Origin: Fistulifera solaris
Taxonomy: Eukaryota
DNA: 64,000 bases
Direction: 5' to 3'
Assembly (NCBI GenBank): GCA_030295235.1
Contig: AP026128.1
Span: 62,001-126,000, forward strand
In this document: piece by piece, positions 1-12,382 of the stretch
Layout of the letters: each line of letters starts with the position of its first letter
How positions within the stretch are numbered: the first letter of the stretch is position 1
The notes under the pieces: generated by a model
What the model saw: only the letters and a program-made list of their open reading frames with translations
Told to the model about the DNA's origin: nothing
Databases searched by the model: none
Made by a program: the position numbers and the translations under genes

Positions 1-2849
1 AGCGGCAGGTGCGAAGTCATTCGACTGTATCCGATCCACCTCTGCATTAATCATCAGCTCCAGGGATTCTCAAGAGATGTTTCCGGTTCACCTCAGCCTT
101 AGACGTGAGCAGCACAAACGGAATGTTTCTCAACATTGCTTCGATCCAAAATCCTTCCTCTAGAGTCGTTTCTTACATGAATTTCGTCATCGTCACTAGT
201 AAGCGATCATTGCATCCGATATCATAAAAAGAAAGTTAATCCCATCCTTTTGTTACCCCAAATGAATTTAGATCTTAAGTGACAAATCTGGCAACCAATA
301 ATGCGAAGGTGTGATAAATATAGATTTCCGTCTGAAAAACTTTCTGAATATGAAGGAGCACAAGAACACATAAATCATTTCCGTCGCTTCATTCAATTCG
401 TTCGTTACACCTGGTTGAAAAATAACTCTCTCTTAGAATGTATTGTCGCATGGACATTTCGGGATCTTGTATTTGGAATGGTTACCGACAACAGAAAGAA
501 ATGATTATTAAAAGATTCGATAAGCTATTGCTTCATAAAGAATATGCAAAACGGAAGGAAGCAGTTATGTTTTTAAGCTAGTGAAATATTCTTTCACGCC
601 GCATAAAGCTAACAAGCAGTGGACAAGCTCGACATCTTGAGTTGAAAATCGCAACGAAGCATAATCACCAATGTATTCAAAGATGCTCTGCCGCCAAAGA
701 GGGCTGATCTCAAAGTATGGTGATTATATTGCAGTTTAAAATCGTCGCCTGTCCGTCTATAGTTTTGATTCGTTCGATTAATTTAATGGATTTATGATGC
801 AACGCGGCAGGCAAGTCTTAAGTAAATAATAGAACGCTAACAAGATATGGGTAGAGCACTATCGATTGATTCAATGGATATCGCAATTTATATTCTTTCA
901 ATGAACATGATACAGACATTAAAACATCTCATCTGTATTGGTATGTGGCCCTCTGCGGCGCCGCATCTATACAATGGCTATACAGTACTACTGCATCGCC
1001 TGGAAAGAATTTATGTGTAAATACCATATGTTTTGAATAACTGGTTTTGACCAACGGCAAAGCGGATAGCTACGAGATACTGAATTGAAGGGTATCAACG
1101 AATCGATTCTTAGCACTCCCGCTACAATTTGATGTGCGTGCATGGTATCCTCACTTGCTAATCAGGCCATAAAGAAATTGACAGGTAAAAGGACATGAAA
1201 ATTGCGACACCATCGTTTGCCTGCTTATCAAGCGTCGTCTTGTGACAATCGGTTGCTTGGGGCAGATTACACGAGACAATAAGGCAGCCATCTCCCCGAC
1301 CGCTTAATCTTGCCTTCGCATAGGCTTTAGGGGCCTTATCATTTTCATGGATTTCGGAGCTGGGATATTTCTTTTGTAAGCCTTTTCATGTTTTTTGTAA
1401 TTAGTCCTGTAAGACTTCGGCGCAGATTTCACCCATTCTCAAATATTTCCCAGGAATAATTTAATCGAAACCTTTGCTTGAAAGCTGCTCGAAATGGTTC
1501 TAGATTACACAGATACCGACCTGGCCACTTAAAGACGACACCTTCGCTTCATCAAGAAATCGCTCTTATACACCACATTTCAGGTTGCCGAAACAGCATG
1601 CTTTTACCAAATCCTATCTGTTATCTCGAGATGGTTCCCGGTCAGCCAATGGGATAATCTTTGGATGCAGCCAGTTTGAATCAGTTTCTAGAGGCTTCTA
1701 TCAAGTGAGCTAAACCTAAAACGTGGATAGGATTTAAAAATCCAAATTTATTTATAAACTTCTTTATGACTGGAGGCTTACAAAGTTTTCAATTTAATTA
1801 ACAAGTGTATGGATACTTTCAATATAAATAACTTTGGATGATTTCCCCATTCTCAATTTTTTCGCAGAAATAATTCAGTCGGAATCTTTGTTTTAAGGCT
1901 GCTCGGATTGAAATGAAAGCATACAAAACCGACTTGAAAAGTAAGGCAACACCTTTGCTTTATCGTTCTATTGCCAATATTTCTCGGTCTTGCTCACCAT
2001 AAAAGTATATTTTCAAGGGAGGCTATCAATAATTTAGCTTTGTCAATTATATCAGCTACAAAGGCTACCGTTAGGAAATTCTTAACTAGCTGGTGACGAT
2101 TCTGAGGTTGAAGGCTCTCAGAACCGAGGTCACAGTGTATTTTAAGTATTGATTTCGGAGAGGGAACGGCCAGCTGCATTTCTAGCATATATCACATGGT
2201 TTCGTGCTTACCGACAGAGCTCGGTGTAATTTGGTGGCGATGCGTCAAGATGCGGAGGCAACAGGTAAAGTGCATTATGGTATTCCTCCCAAGTGACATT
2301 ATATGGCAACCGATAGATTTCTTGTTCGTGGACAGCGTAGGTGTATATAATCCATTATATGATAGCGGGTCCTGTGCAAACATGATCCAACCATTTTTTC
2401 GAAACTTTCGATTTCTTTTTCTTGTAGGTCGACTGCATGGGCTCAGCAGAAAAGATGCCGTGTCGTTTCTTCGGGATGACTGCAGCACGGACACGGGACA
2501 TGATTCTGGTTCTCCCACCGTTTCATCATGCGACTCCACCTCGCTCTGATCTGATAAGAGGAAAACTTGCTCGCTCTGATCTGAAAGAACGCTGGAGGTC
2601 CAAGGCGTTTTGGATGGCATCCCAGTTTTTATAGGAACAGGCTTCCTTGGAGATTCATGGCGTTTCACCATGCGGTCTCATACGGCGTAACGATGGATAT
2701 GCATAAGGAGTGGGTGATGGATGTGTTAGTTGATTTTTTTTTCAAACCTAAATCAATCCTAAAATATTTATTCCTAATTTTCCTGAAATGCGGATTCTTT
2801 TTCGACATTTGACCGAATTTTCCACTGGTTTTTCTCTTTGTCACAAATA

Positions 2850-4089
2850 TCATTTTTTTCTTTCCTTCAGAAACTCCGATTTCTGAATTACTGTACCACA
2901 GTTAGTAGTAAAGCGACAAACCTGCGCCGGTTTCCCAGTGCGGAGGATTGCGCTGTGGCGCGCCATCTCTCGGATTTCGCGAATAGCATGCTCACCGATC
3001 GAACCAACGAGAGACTCAAACGAGAACGGATAAACCCACAAATTTCTGAGTACGGTCTCTTCCATTTCTTTTGCAGCTTTCTTGCAAGCTGGCGTGAGGC
3101 CGCAACAGCTTGTTTACCCATGAGCCCGTCGACAGAAAAACAAGAGGCGTGAAATCACGGCGGCGGTCCATACAGGGCTTACCGTAAATAGTTTCTAATC
3201 GGAGATCTTTATCAATGTATGGAGGAGGAGGCTAAGGGAGTAAAATCCCGTGTTTCATTAACAGGGCAGGCAATCAAGAACCCCTTGCTTTGACAATTCT
3301 CAAGCAGTGTCAGCCTTCTTTGCGAGTAAGTCGTCTTTGCCTGGTTTAGTCGTCTTTGCCTGGTTTGGCGCCGTGCGCTTTCGACCTTGTTTGAAAGGTA
3401 TTTTGGACAAAAGCAAACAAAGCGAACCGAAAGAAGATTGTCGTGATTGAAGAGCGTCGACTAAAGCAGCTCCTCCATCTGGAAACACCAACGGCGCCAC
3501 TTTCTGCTTCTTACATGTACGGAGTAGTAAATTGCATACTTAACGGCTGAGGCCGCGTTGCGATAACGCGACACTGCTCGGCGTTCCAGGTCCCTGTATT
3601 CAATTTAAGGCATCTCGACGGATTCGAGTCGAGGATACGAGCGAGGCGCTCCGCCAAGAAGGCCGCCACGTCGAAGCCCCTTACGCTATCGAATGAGCTC
3701 TCGTGATATCGACGGTGATCACTCTTCAAATGCGAGAGAGACTAGAAAAACGTGGCTGTCTCGGCAATTGCATTATCTGACTTCCCGTACCAGTATATTT
3801 TGCATTGCTGTATTTGCTGCAGGGTGCTGTCGTGTGAAATACGAAAGTAAAGTTGCTTTTCAGGGTAAAATCGCCCTAATGCCTTATCTCCGACACATAT
3901 AAGTGTATTATTATCGCGCCAGATGACACAATTGGGATTGGTTTCCCAGTCAAAGTCGTTAAGATTTTTCGGTTCGCGCAAACATTGATAGAGGGGAAAT
4001 CGGTCCCTGACGATACCGAACGATAGTTGCTCAGGGGAGAGTCGCTCGCGTGGTATTACTTCAAGCAATGGATGCTCTCTTGATGCCAT
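2850..4089 (-). pseudogene. Degraded, truncated paralog of the 4424-6123 hypothetical protein family, arranged head-to-head with it
   Basis: Fragments in ORFs 3742-4230, 3511-3729 and 3300-3500 match the neighbouring gene: PLYQCLREPKNLNDFDWE vs PLYRLTREPASLEDFDWK, DNAIAETATF vs DAAIAETFTF, LARILDSNPSR vs LARVLDSNPNR, DGGAALVDALQSR vs DGGAAFVDALQKR. They are split by stops and frameshifts. The 2850 end is approximate. Confidence 0.75.
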
Positions 4090-4423
4090 GTGTGTTTCTT
4101 TTCTCTTCTTTCCAGTTGTTGCAAGATCAACGACTTCAAGGATTCCTTCATTGATTATTTTGCTGTTTTCTACCTGCGATTTTTTCGACGTATAGTGCAT
4201 GTTCTCGATCGCACAGGTACGCATAGCCATAATATCTGGATACCGGATTGTGTGATGCGTAGAAATATTTTTTCGTCCGCGGTCCGCGGTCCGCGAGCCG
4301 CGAAATCGTCATTAGTCGCACTGCTTTTTGTTCATTGCTTTTACAGTATTGTGTTTGCCGTCGAAAAACTTGAACGATTCTCTCATTAGCCAATACTTTC
4401 TGTAAGTATTTAGGAAGCTAATA

Positions 4424-6123
4424 ATGGAAACAGCGAGTACGCAAGACGATCTGCTAGAACTCATACCGTGGGAGCGTGTTACTCTTCGGCAGAAGCAATT
4501 TCAGGTGGTCAAAAACGAAATCCCCTTTATCGATTGACACGTGAACCTGCGAGTCTCGAAGACTTTGACTGGAAAAAGCGTTTACGTGCTGTTGCTATTT
4601 GGCGAGAGAATGGAACTTTGATTTGGATAAGGAATGATGATGAAGACTTCGAAACGTTCGAAACGAAGAGTCTAACTCATAACCCGGACAAACATATCCG
4701 TTTGTCCTTCCTTTACCTCAAAACAACCACTTCCGTTTCCGCTTTGATATTTGGTGAAAATGATGCGGCGATTGCGGAAACATTCACTTTTCTCTGTTCA
4801 CTCAAGCATGTCACTTCTGGCAGGGTCGCCAATCTAGATCCTAAATTGTCGATTAACAGCATGTTGCACTTCAAAATCGCTGCTCTGCAACCAGAGCAGC
4901 TTGCCCGCGTTCTCGACTCAAATCCGAATCGATTTCTCGAAATACGTGCAGGCTTTTGGACAGCAGATCAGTCTGTTGTCCTTGCTACCAGACCCTATTC
5001 TTTGAAGCTGTGGATGCAATTTTATTTCCAGGTATCTAAACAGGTTGGTTTCCTTGATGGCGGAGCAGCTTTTGTTGATGCACTTCAAAAGCGGAAATCC
5101 CGATTCGGCACGCTCTACTTGGAATTTTATTCGTGTGATTTGCCTTACTGCTTGGTCTTCAGTAATTTCAGTCTGAAACGACTTTTGGAGTTGGAAGACA
5201 AAATCGAACTTCTTAGTATTCGTGACATCAACGACGACATGGCCCTACGGCCACTCTCAGCTAAGGTCGAAACTCTCTATTACAGTTTCGGTGCGGCGCG
5301 TTTACAAATTCGTGATCTGTGCTCCGTTGACATTATGCCCAGAAAACTGCATCTCGACCTTCGTTTGGAAGATACAGAGGAATGGCATGCGCTTCCCATC
5401 GCATTTCTGGATCGGGTGGCTGTCTCGGGCCGTTTAGAACGACTGGTTCTTACGATGCACAGTTATCGAAAACGAAAGTATAAGGACGAGTCGCTTATTG
5501 CAAAAGCTTTGAGCAGAGTTATACGCGCCAATCAACAACTGGAGCATTTGCAAGTGAAAAGTAATGTGAACTGGACGCGCCATGTGAAGGGCATTTTCGA
5601 AGCCATGGAAAACCATCCTAAGCTGCGTACTTTTGCTGCAAACATCATTGCGGGAAAAACCTTGAATTACACTTGTTTGGAGCGCTTGCTTTCCCGAAAC
5701 AGAAACGTTTCCGTTTTCGATGAAGAAGGCCATCGAAGAATTACTAATGGAACCACTATTGACGCGCTGTACTCATTCAACCGCTTTTTTCATGGATCGG
5801 CAGCAGTTGTGAAGGAATCACCCTCTTTTCGACCGCGTCTCATAACAGTGACATTGACTGAGAGCGCGTTGGGGGATTTCAGGCGCACAGCTCTGTTGCT
5901 CTCCGATCACGCTGATGCGCTGTGTGAGTTGCTCGATTGTTCTGGTGCGGTCTCTGCTGTCGCTGCAAAACATGCGACGGAAGAAGTGGCACATGCTCTC
6001 TCTCTTTCAGAGTCTTGTCAGACCGAAACGTTGAAGCGCAAAGCAGTGACTCCATTGTCTCCGGCCGCTACAAAAGCAGGTCGAATTCGGCCTAAAGTAT
6101 GCAACTTCTTCCGTTACCAGTGA
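4424..6123 (+). CDS. Hypothetical protein of a lineage-expanded family (about 565 aa, possibly RNI/LRR-like C-half), with one frameshift near 4525
   Basis: 551-aa ORF. An upstream ATG at 4424 gives METASTQDDLLELIPWERV, which aligns with the paralog N-terminus MASREHPLLEVIPRERL. Confidence 0.75.
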
Positions 6124-6385
6124 AATATTTACGTAATCTTTATTTTGTTTGACTCTGCAATTTGATATCGGCCAAGACATGCGCTTGGTTGTTATACTCA
6201 AGCGTGCCTACTCATTCCTTGATTGATTCAGTTTGGTAGATTATCATTAGATTAGAAGTTAAATCGGTGACTAAAATGTTTCGAACTAAATTAACAGCCC
6301 AGTGGCAGCGTGACGCCCTTGTTCTAATCATCTGGCGGACCCATCGCACGAAACGATAATTGTCTGAAGTTATCTCCAAAACATA

Positions 6386-7965
6386 CTAAAGCTTCTTAGG
6401 TTTCAGGATAGAATAAAGAACAGCATCAATCAATCCCAACGTCGTGAATGTCCCCCCGATAATTGCACACAAAGATGTCAAGTAGTCGTACCACTTTCGT
6501 CCTTCTTTCGAGACAACAACGCTCATCGGGCTAATATCGTAGCTAAATCGAGCCTCCGGGACATCAGTATCAAAGTAGTGCACGACTTGGGATTGCTCAA
6601 GAAACTGATACGTCGTTAACCGATTGTTGGACGATTGACCCATTTCCAGGTGTGTCGAGACAACTTTAATGTAGTGGTGGTGTGCTGCATGAGACATTTC
6701 GGTGACATAAACAGTGTTATCCATCGGAGCAAACTGCTTATGTTTTTCGTCAACTTGTTTCAAGATTCGTTTCGTTTTCCGGCTTGTTTGATCGACAGGC
6801 TCGCCAAATGAAAGGTGGTTCACAATGTGAGATACATTCGTCAGGGCAGCATTGAGATTGAAATTCTTCGATTTTGCTTCAATATGAAAATTTCCCGGAA
6901 CACGGTTCACCATCAAATGCCCCGATACCTGACAACCGGGGTGCTCGGGTCGATTTTGCTGATAAAGACTTCGCTTCCTCGCTCTCTCTTCCTCGTCCGC
7001 CTGCTGGTTCTTTTTGTCCCATTCCTTGAATTTTTCATCCATATCGAGCTTTCGTTTCGCGTAACCGATCAAAGCCGTCACCGTACGATCCATTTTATAG
7101 TCCGGAGAGACAGGCTCACCATCGTGGTACCAGCGGAGAGTAGGAAACGCCATGATCTTTTGCTCCCGACACAAATCAGCTTCAGCCATGCAATCGACCT
7201 TGGCTACACCGACGGGCATCTCGAGCTTTTTCACTTCTTGCGCCAGTGTCTCCCAAGTTGGAGCTAGTCGCTGACACCAGACACACCTGTTTTAACATTT
7301 AAGTAACTTGTATCGTCATGTACGCACTCATCAATCAAGCAACTTACCATGGTGCATACAGATCAATAAACGCCATCGGGTTCTCCTCCAAAAACGGCTT
7401 AAAATTCTCCTTCGTCAACGCGATCGCATGTACACCTTCTTCAGCATGCATCTCCTCCAAAGTCTTATCATGCTCATCATGCTTTAATTCCCGAGCCTCA
7501 CGATTGCGACCCGAGAAAATACGGCGTTTCCCTTCTTCGTCTAATTGCCATTTGTCGACATTCTTCGTAACATTTTGTCGGTTCGTTCCCAGCGCGTCCC
7601 AAACATCCACGCTCACATAATCACAGTGCAAATCCAGCATAGTAATGTTAAAGTTGAGCCGTATTTGTGGTGACGTGTTTTCATCGACCGCAATGGTGGT
7701 GACCGTTTCGGTAGTCGCAAACGCCAGTGTTTCTGAAAAGAAGAGAACTGCCATTACGATCATAGCGCATGCGCTCATGAATGCACCCAATATTGTAGCC
7801 TGTTAAAGGAAGATTTATTGTGTAAGAGAAGAAAGAAAAAGTAATAAGCTCGGTATGCAAAGCCTCTGATTTACATACCTCCGTCAGGTCCTTCGGCACG
7901 CGGCGATAAAAATCGACCGACGACAGAGCTTGCCTCCTTCCGCCTCCTCCGTTGATGTTATTCAT
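6386..7965 (-). CDS. ERGIC/Erv41-Erv46-family protein with an internal thioredoxin domain (PDI-C / PDIL5-4 type); exons 7965-7879, 7799-7348, 7286-6386
   Basis: N-terminal VDFYRRVPKDLTE; spliced active site YAPWCVWC; GCQVSGHLMVNRVPGNFHIEA; C-terminal LCAIIGGTFT...KPKKL; GT-AG introns read in the sequence. Confidence 0.92.
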
Positions 7966-8371
7966 TCTATGCTACGGCTGGGTGTATATTTCGAATATGA
8001 TGTCAAGTATCTATCTCAGCGCAAGTTACAAAAATGAGGATTGCGTTTTTTTTTTAATGATACAAGTACGGTAGGCGCGGCCCTCTCGGCTCTTCGCGGC
8101 GCAGCGCAAAACGACGTGTGTGCGCCATTTTATTCGCCCTTTTCGCGTGTTCAAAAGGAGAAATTATTACTGTAACCGGTACCAAGTACTCATTTATCGA
8201 TAGTAGTACAGTGTTTGATGTGTTCTTTTTAACGGAGAAAGAACCGGTAAGACCTGAGCGAGGAGCCAGCCGATATTAGAGAGACGAGCGAAGGACGAAC
8301 GAGCTTTTATTTTCGCATTTCGCATTTCGCATTTCGCATCATCTTATCCGCGTTTTCGTTCAATTTGTCAA

Positions 8372-9475
8372 ATGGATGCTTATACTTCCACTACAATGGC
8401 AATGACTTTTCAGGACGATCCCATTCCCACCATTTGTCTTCGTGACACAGATGATGCCGAAACCGTCTCACTTCTCCGTTCTGCCTGTACCGATGTTGGC
8501 TTTTTCTATTTAGAGGGACACGGAATTGATGAGAGTCTGATTGCTGACGTGCTCGAACAATCTCGTATCCTTTTCAGTCTCTCCGACGAGTCGAAAACAG
8601 CGTTAAGTGATCCTGTTTTGAGTAGAGGATATACTGCAATGAGTGAAGAAACCCTGGATCCGCAGAAACAGAAATATGGAGACACGAAGGAAGGATTCTA
8701 CATTGGAAGACATGTTCCTGCCGATCATCCAGAATTCAATCCGGCCAAGTTCAAGGGGCCAAATCGGATGCCATCTCCCGAGATAACACCGGATATGCCC
8801 GACTGTAAACAATTTTGCAATGTTATGGAAACGTATCATCAGGAAATGTGTCGACTGGGATTCCGGATAGTGCAACTGTAAGTATTCAATTTTTTACAGA
8901 GACTTTGATTTGCATCGATACTCTGGTTACTGCATCCCGCCGAAACCTTTCACTAATCTACTTATCCAACGCTGCAGATTGGCGTTGTCATTGGGTTTGC
9001 CGAAAACGTATTTCGACAAGGATTTCGAGGATCCTCTGGCTTTGTTGCGACTTCTTCACTACGCAGCGTGAAGAGCAAGCCGGAAGAAGGACTGTTTGCC
9101 GCTGGTGAACACACCGATTACGGGATGATTACTCTATTGCTGACAGACGAAACACCTGGCTTGCAGGTACAGTTGAAGAACGGTCAATGGATCGACGTCG
9201 GGCATCAAAAGGGAGCCTTCGTCGTCAACCTGGGAGATATGCTGGAACGCTGGTCGAATGGCTTATTTCGCTCGACTCCTCACAGAGTTCTAACGCAAGG
9301 AGAATCGGAAAGGTATTCCGTGCCTTTCTTTTATGAACCCAACTTTGATGCTCGGGTCGCTTGCCTCGACGTTTGTTGCTCCAGTGACAATCCTCCGAAG
9401 TTTGAACGTACTACTTCAGGAGAGCATTTGCTGGAAAAGTATCGACAGACTCATGCTGATTTTCGACCCGAATAG
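8372..9475 (+). CDS. 2-oxoglutarate/Fe(II)-dependent dioxygenase (DIOX_N + 2OG-FeII_Oxy, IPNS-like); intron about 8878-8978, frameshift near 9065
   Basis: ACTDVGFFYLEGHGI; HTD...PHRV iron triad; RYS 2OG-binding motif; VVNLGDMLERWSNG. Confidence 0.9.
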
Positions 9476-9685
9476 TAGTACCACCCCGTCAATTTTAAAT
9501 TATTACATTTTTGTTTCGCCGAGAATACTATTTCAAAATTTGTTTATTGACGATTTAGCTATAGAAATGAAGCGCCGCCTTCAGATTTGTCGTCATGGTG
9601 TTCAAATTTCGCTTCCTCCGTTGAAATCGTCGTCAAGTTATGTTCATCATCTTGTTGGGCAGAACTTAGTTCCTTTGGGCTATAT

Positions 9686-11034
9686 TCAAGAGGCTGCTCG
9701 GTAGATCGAGCTGGCTGTGGATGCTTTCTTCTCGTGTGACACACGACCCCAGAAAAACATCCCAATGATTCCAACGACAAGACCCAGCACTGCACCTCCA
9801 AACGTAGCAAGTCCAGTTCGAGCTTCGCATTCAACCTCCTCGTATTGCAGGCAAACATCTACCTGACTGTTACCTCCACAAGTATCACACCACGTCTTTT
9901 CCGACCAGTCTTCGACCAATTGAAGCAAGTTTTCAAAAGGACACGATTCGGCATCACAGTGTCGCCCAAGAAATCTAACCGGGCTCTGTATAGTTGCGTC
10001 CTCCAGTCCTTGACCTCCGTGGTAGTTATACACAACTCGTTTCTCCTTGTTCTCGTCTTCGTAGACTTCAATGACAATAGCCGTAGAGTAATTCGGAATA
10101 CCGTCGTCGCTATACGTATGATCCAGGGCAGCGAATAGAGCCAACAGCAAAGGATAATGACCCGAATAAAGATAGATCTTTGCTGAACCATCTTCGCGAC
10201 TGAACTTGGCATCTTCAAACACAATGCGCGACGTGATGCGGGCGAGCAAATTGTACGCCACAAACCGAGCCGCCGAGTGTGTGCGGTACCGGAGAAACTC
10301 GGATTTGCCCACCAACCGCCGCAACTGCTCAAACTCCGTATCGGATACCACATCCTTTACGAAGGGATCCTCGAGACTTTCACAAACGACTCGGGCATCT
10401 TGTGCATTGCTTTCGCATTCACTCTTGGCCACGTAAATGGCGTCGTACACATTCCATACTTGCGCCAGAGAGACTCGTCCGTTCGCGTCAGCATATTTCT
10501 GAAACGACCGGATTGTAGCTAGTTTTCGGAGTAAGCCGTCATTTTCCTCTTGTATTTGTATCCATTCTGGGCTTTTGTAAAGCGCATTCAAATCTTTGTG
10601 AATTGAGAGCATTTATCGTAGGCTCGAATATAGAGATCATTTTCTAGCTGGAACGTATGTACCGGAACATGAACGGGCACAGTCGAGTTCTCGACGTGAA
10701 ACAATCCACTGGCGAGAGCACTGGCGGAAACTATGGTGCGGTCAAAGTCGGAACTCTCGAAATAAACCAATTGCGGATCGTAGTTCGGTAAGAAATCAAA
10801 ATGATCCGAGTACTTGTCACGCAATTGGATCCCGAGATCGTGCATTTGCTGGATGCCGGTACTGGTTAAGAAGGCTGATGTTCCCTCACCTAAACTGGTG
10901 TGATTCTTCGTGAGCACGTAGCGTGATCCGTGTCGGGTAATGATGTGAATTTGGTGGAGTGTCATCGCATGAGAATAAGAAAATGCGAGCAGCCCCAGAG
11001 CCGTAAGAGCACGAAAGAGAACAGTGTTGAACAT
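9686..11034 (-). CDS. Histidine acid phosphatase with signal peptide and C-terminal transmembrane helix; frameshift near 10600
   Basis: TRHGSR catalytic motif, SSDFDRTIVSA, LYSGHY, hydrophobic N-terminus and GGAVLGLVVGIIGMFFW helix. Confidence 0.88.
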
Positions 11035-12382
11035 TTTCTTTCATCAAACGAAATAAGTGACTTCTTGATGATTAATGAGAGTGTACAGGAATAAAAAAGA
11101 AAACTTCAAGAGGCAACAAAGATCGGCAACAATACTATAATGAAATAGAAATAGAACAAAAAGTTCCGGAGGAAAATTCTGCGGCTATAATGAGTCACGC
11201 CTTCACGTGACTGTTGTATGTTCTTAGTGCGGCGCGACGATGCGACGATCATCAGCGACACACAAAACGATGATCGCAGTTTTATTTCGCAACAAATAAT
11301 ATCGTAAGACCTTTAGAGATAAGTATACGGAGTATGAACGAGGTTCATTCCTTCATGATTCATGTCTATACCCATAACATGACGTTGCAAGGTGCAAAGG
11401 ATCGCGGGGAGTAGCTTTTGAATGAAAGTCTTCATACAAAACAGTCGACAGCAATAATGCCTGGTATACTCGACGCTGCAAGCGAAGGCCAATCGAAACA
11501 ACATGCAAGAAGAGAAGTTAGATTCTTTTCCGTTTTTCGATAGCTATTTTACACAGTTGAAGGAAAACAGCAACGCAATTCGAGGCGTGGCAAGTGGCAA
11601 CTTATTGGGATTCTAGCGTCTCTTCGTCTCCTTATCGCATTTCGCAATAAGTAATCATCAATCATCATGCATCATGCATCATCAATCGTCATTCATCGTG
11701 AATCATGAGTCAGGAAGAGATAGAAAGTTGAAGATTCATTCATCACAAATATCACAAATCACAAACGAAGCATCATGTATGTCATGTATCATGTATCATC
11801 ATTATGACCCATTTCCATGCGTTCCTTACTCCGTATGACGTGAGACTTATGACAACTACCTCATTTCTGACGTATTACTTAGATGTCCATTATTATCTGA
11901 AGATTTGAAAATTTGAATCTGGAATCTGCGGTTTTTCATCGTCCATTATTTGGTATAGTACTGTAATATGTTAGCCACTGAAATCTGAAATGGAACTCGG
12001 AAGCTGATCAAAACCTCCATTTTTGTTGAATGAGCGTTGCAAATTGCAAAGGTTCCTTGATGCCTTCATCGCTACACACATTTAATGTAATCTCATTAGA
12101 AATGTGGAATCTTTAAATCATTTGTTTGTGAAACACAAGAAGTCGAAAGACCGGAATTTGGTCAGAAAACAAGAAAAAAGAGTACTACGAATGAATCATT
12201 GTCATCGTCATCCCGCACCCGCACTACAGTACCCCAGCTTCCAGCTTCCGAATGATGGGCTGGTGATTTTTCGTTTGCTTTGTTGCTCATAAATTGAGCT
12301 GAACCTCGAAATTTAATCGTCGATCGTTGCCCAGCTTGAAACCAGTGTTCTTACCCTTTCCAAAGCTCACCAGCGATTTAGG

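Noticed and set aside
2192..2671. 159-aa ORF with a short LSDQSE duplication
   Set aside because: It is low-complexity, has no recognisable motif and sits among decayed sequence, so there is not enough support to call a gene.
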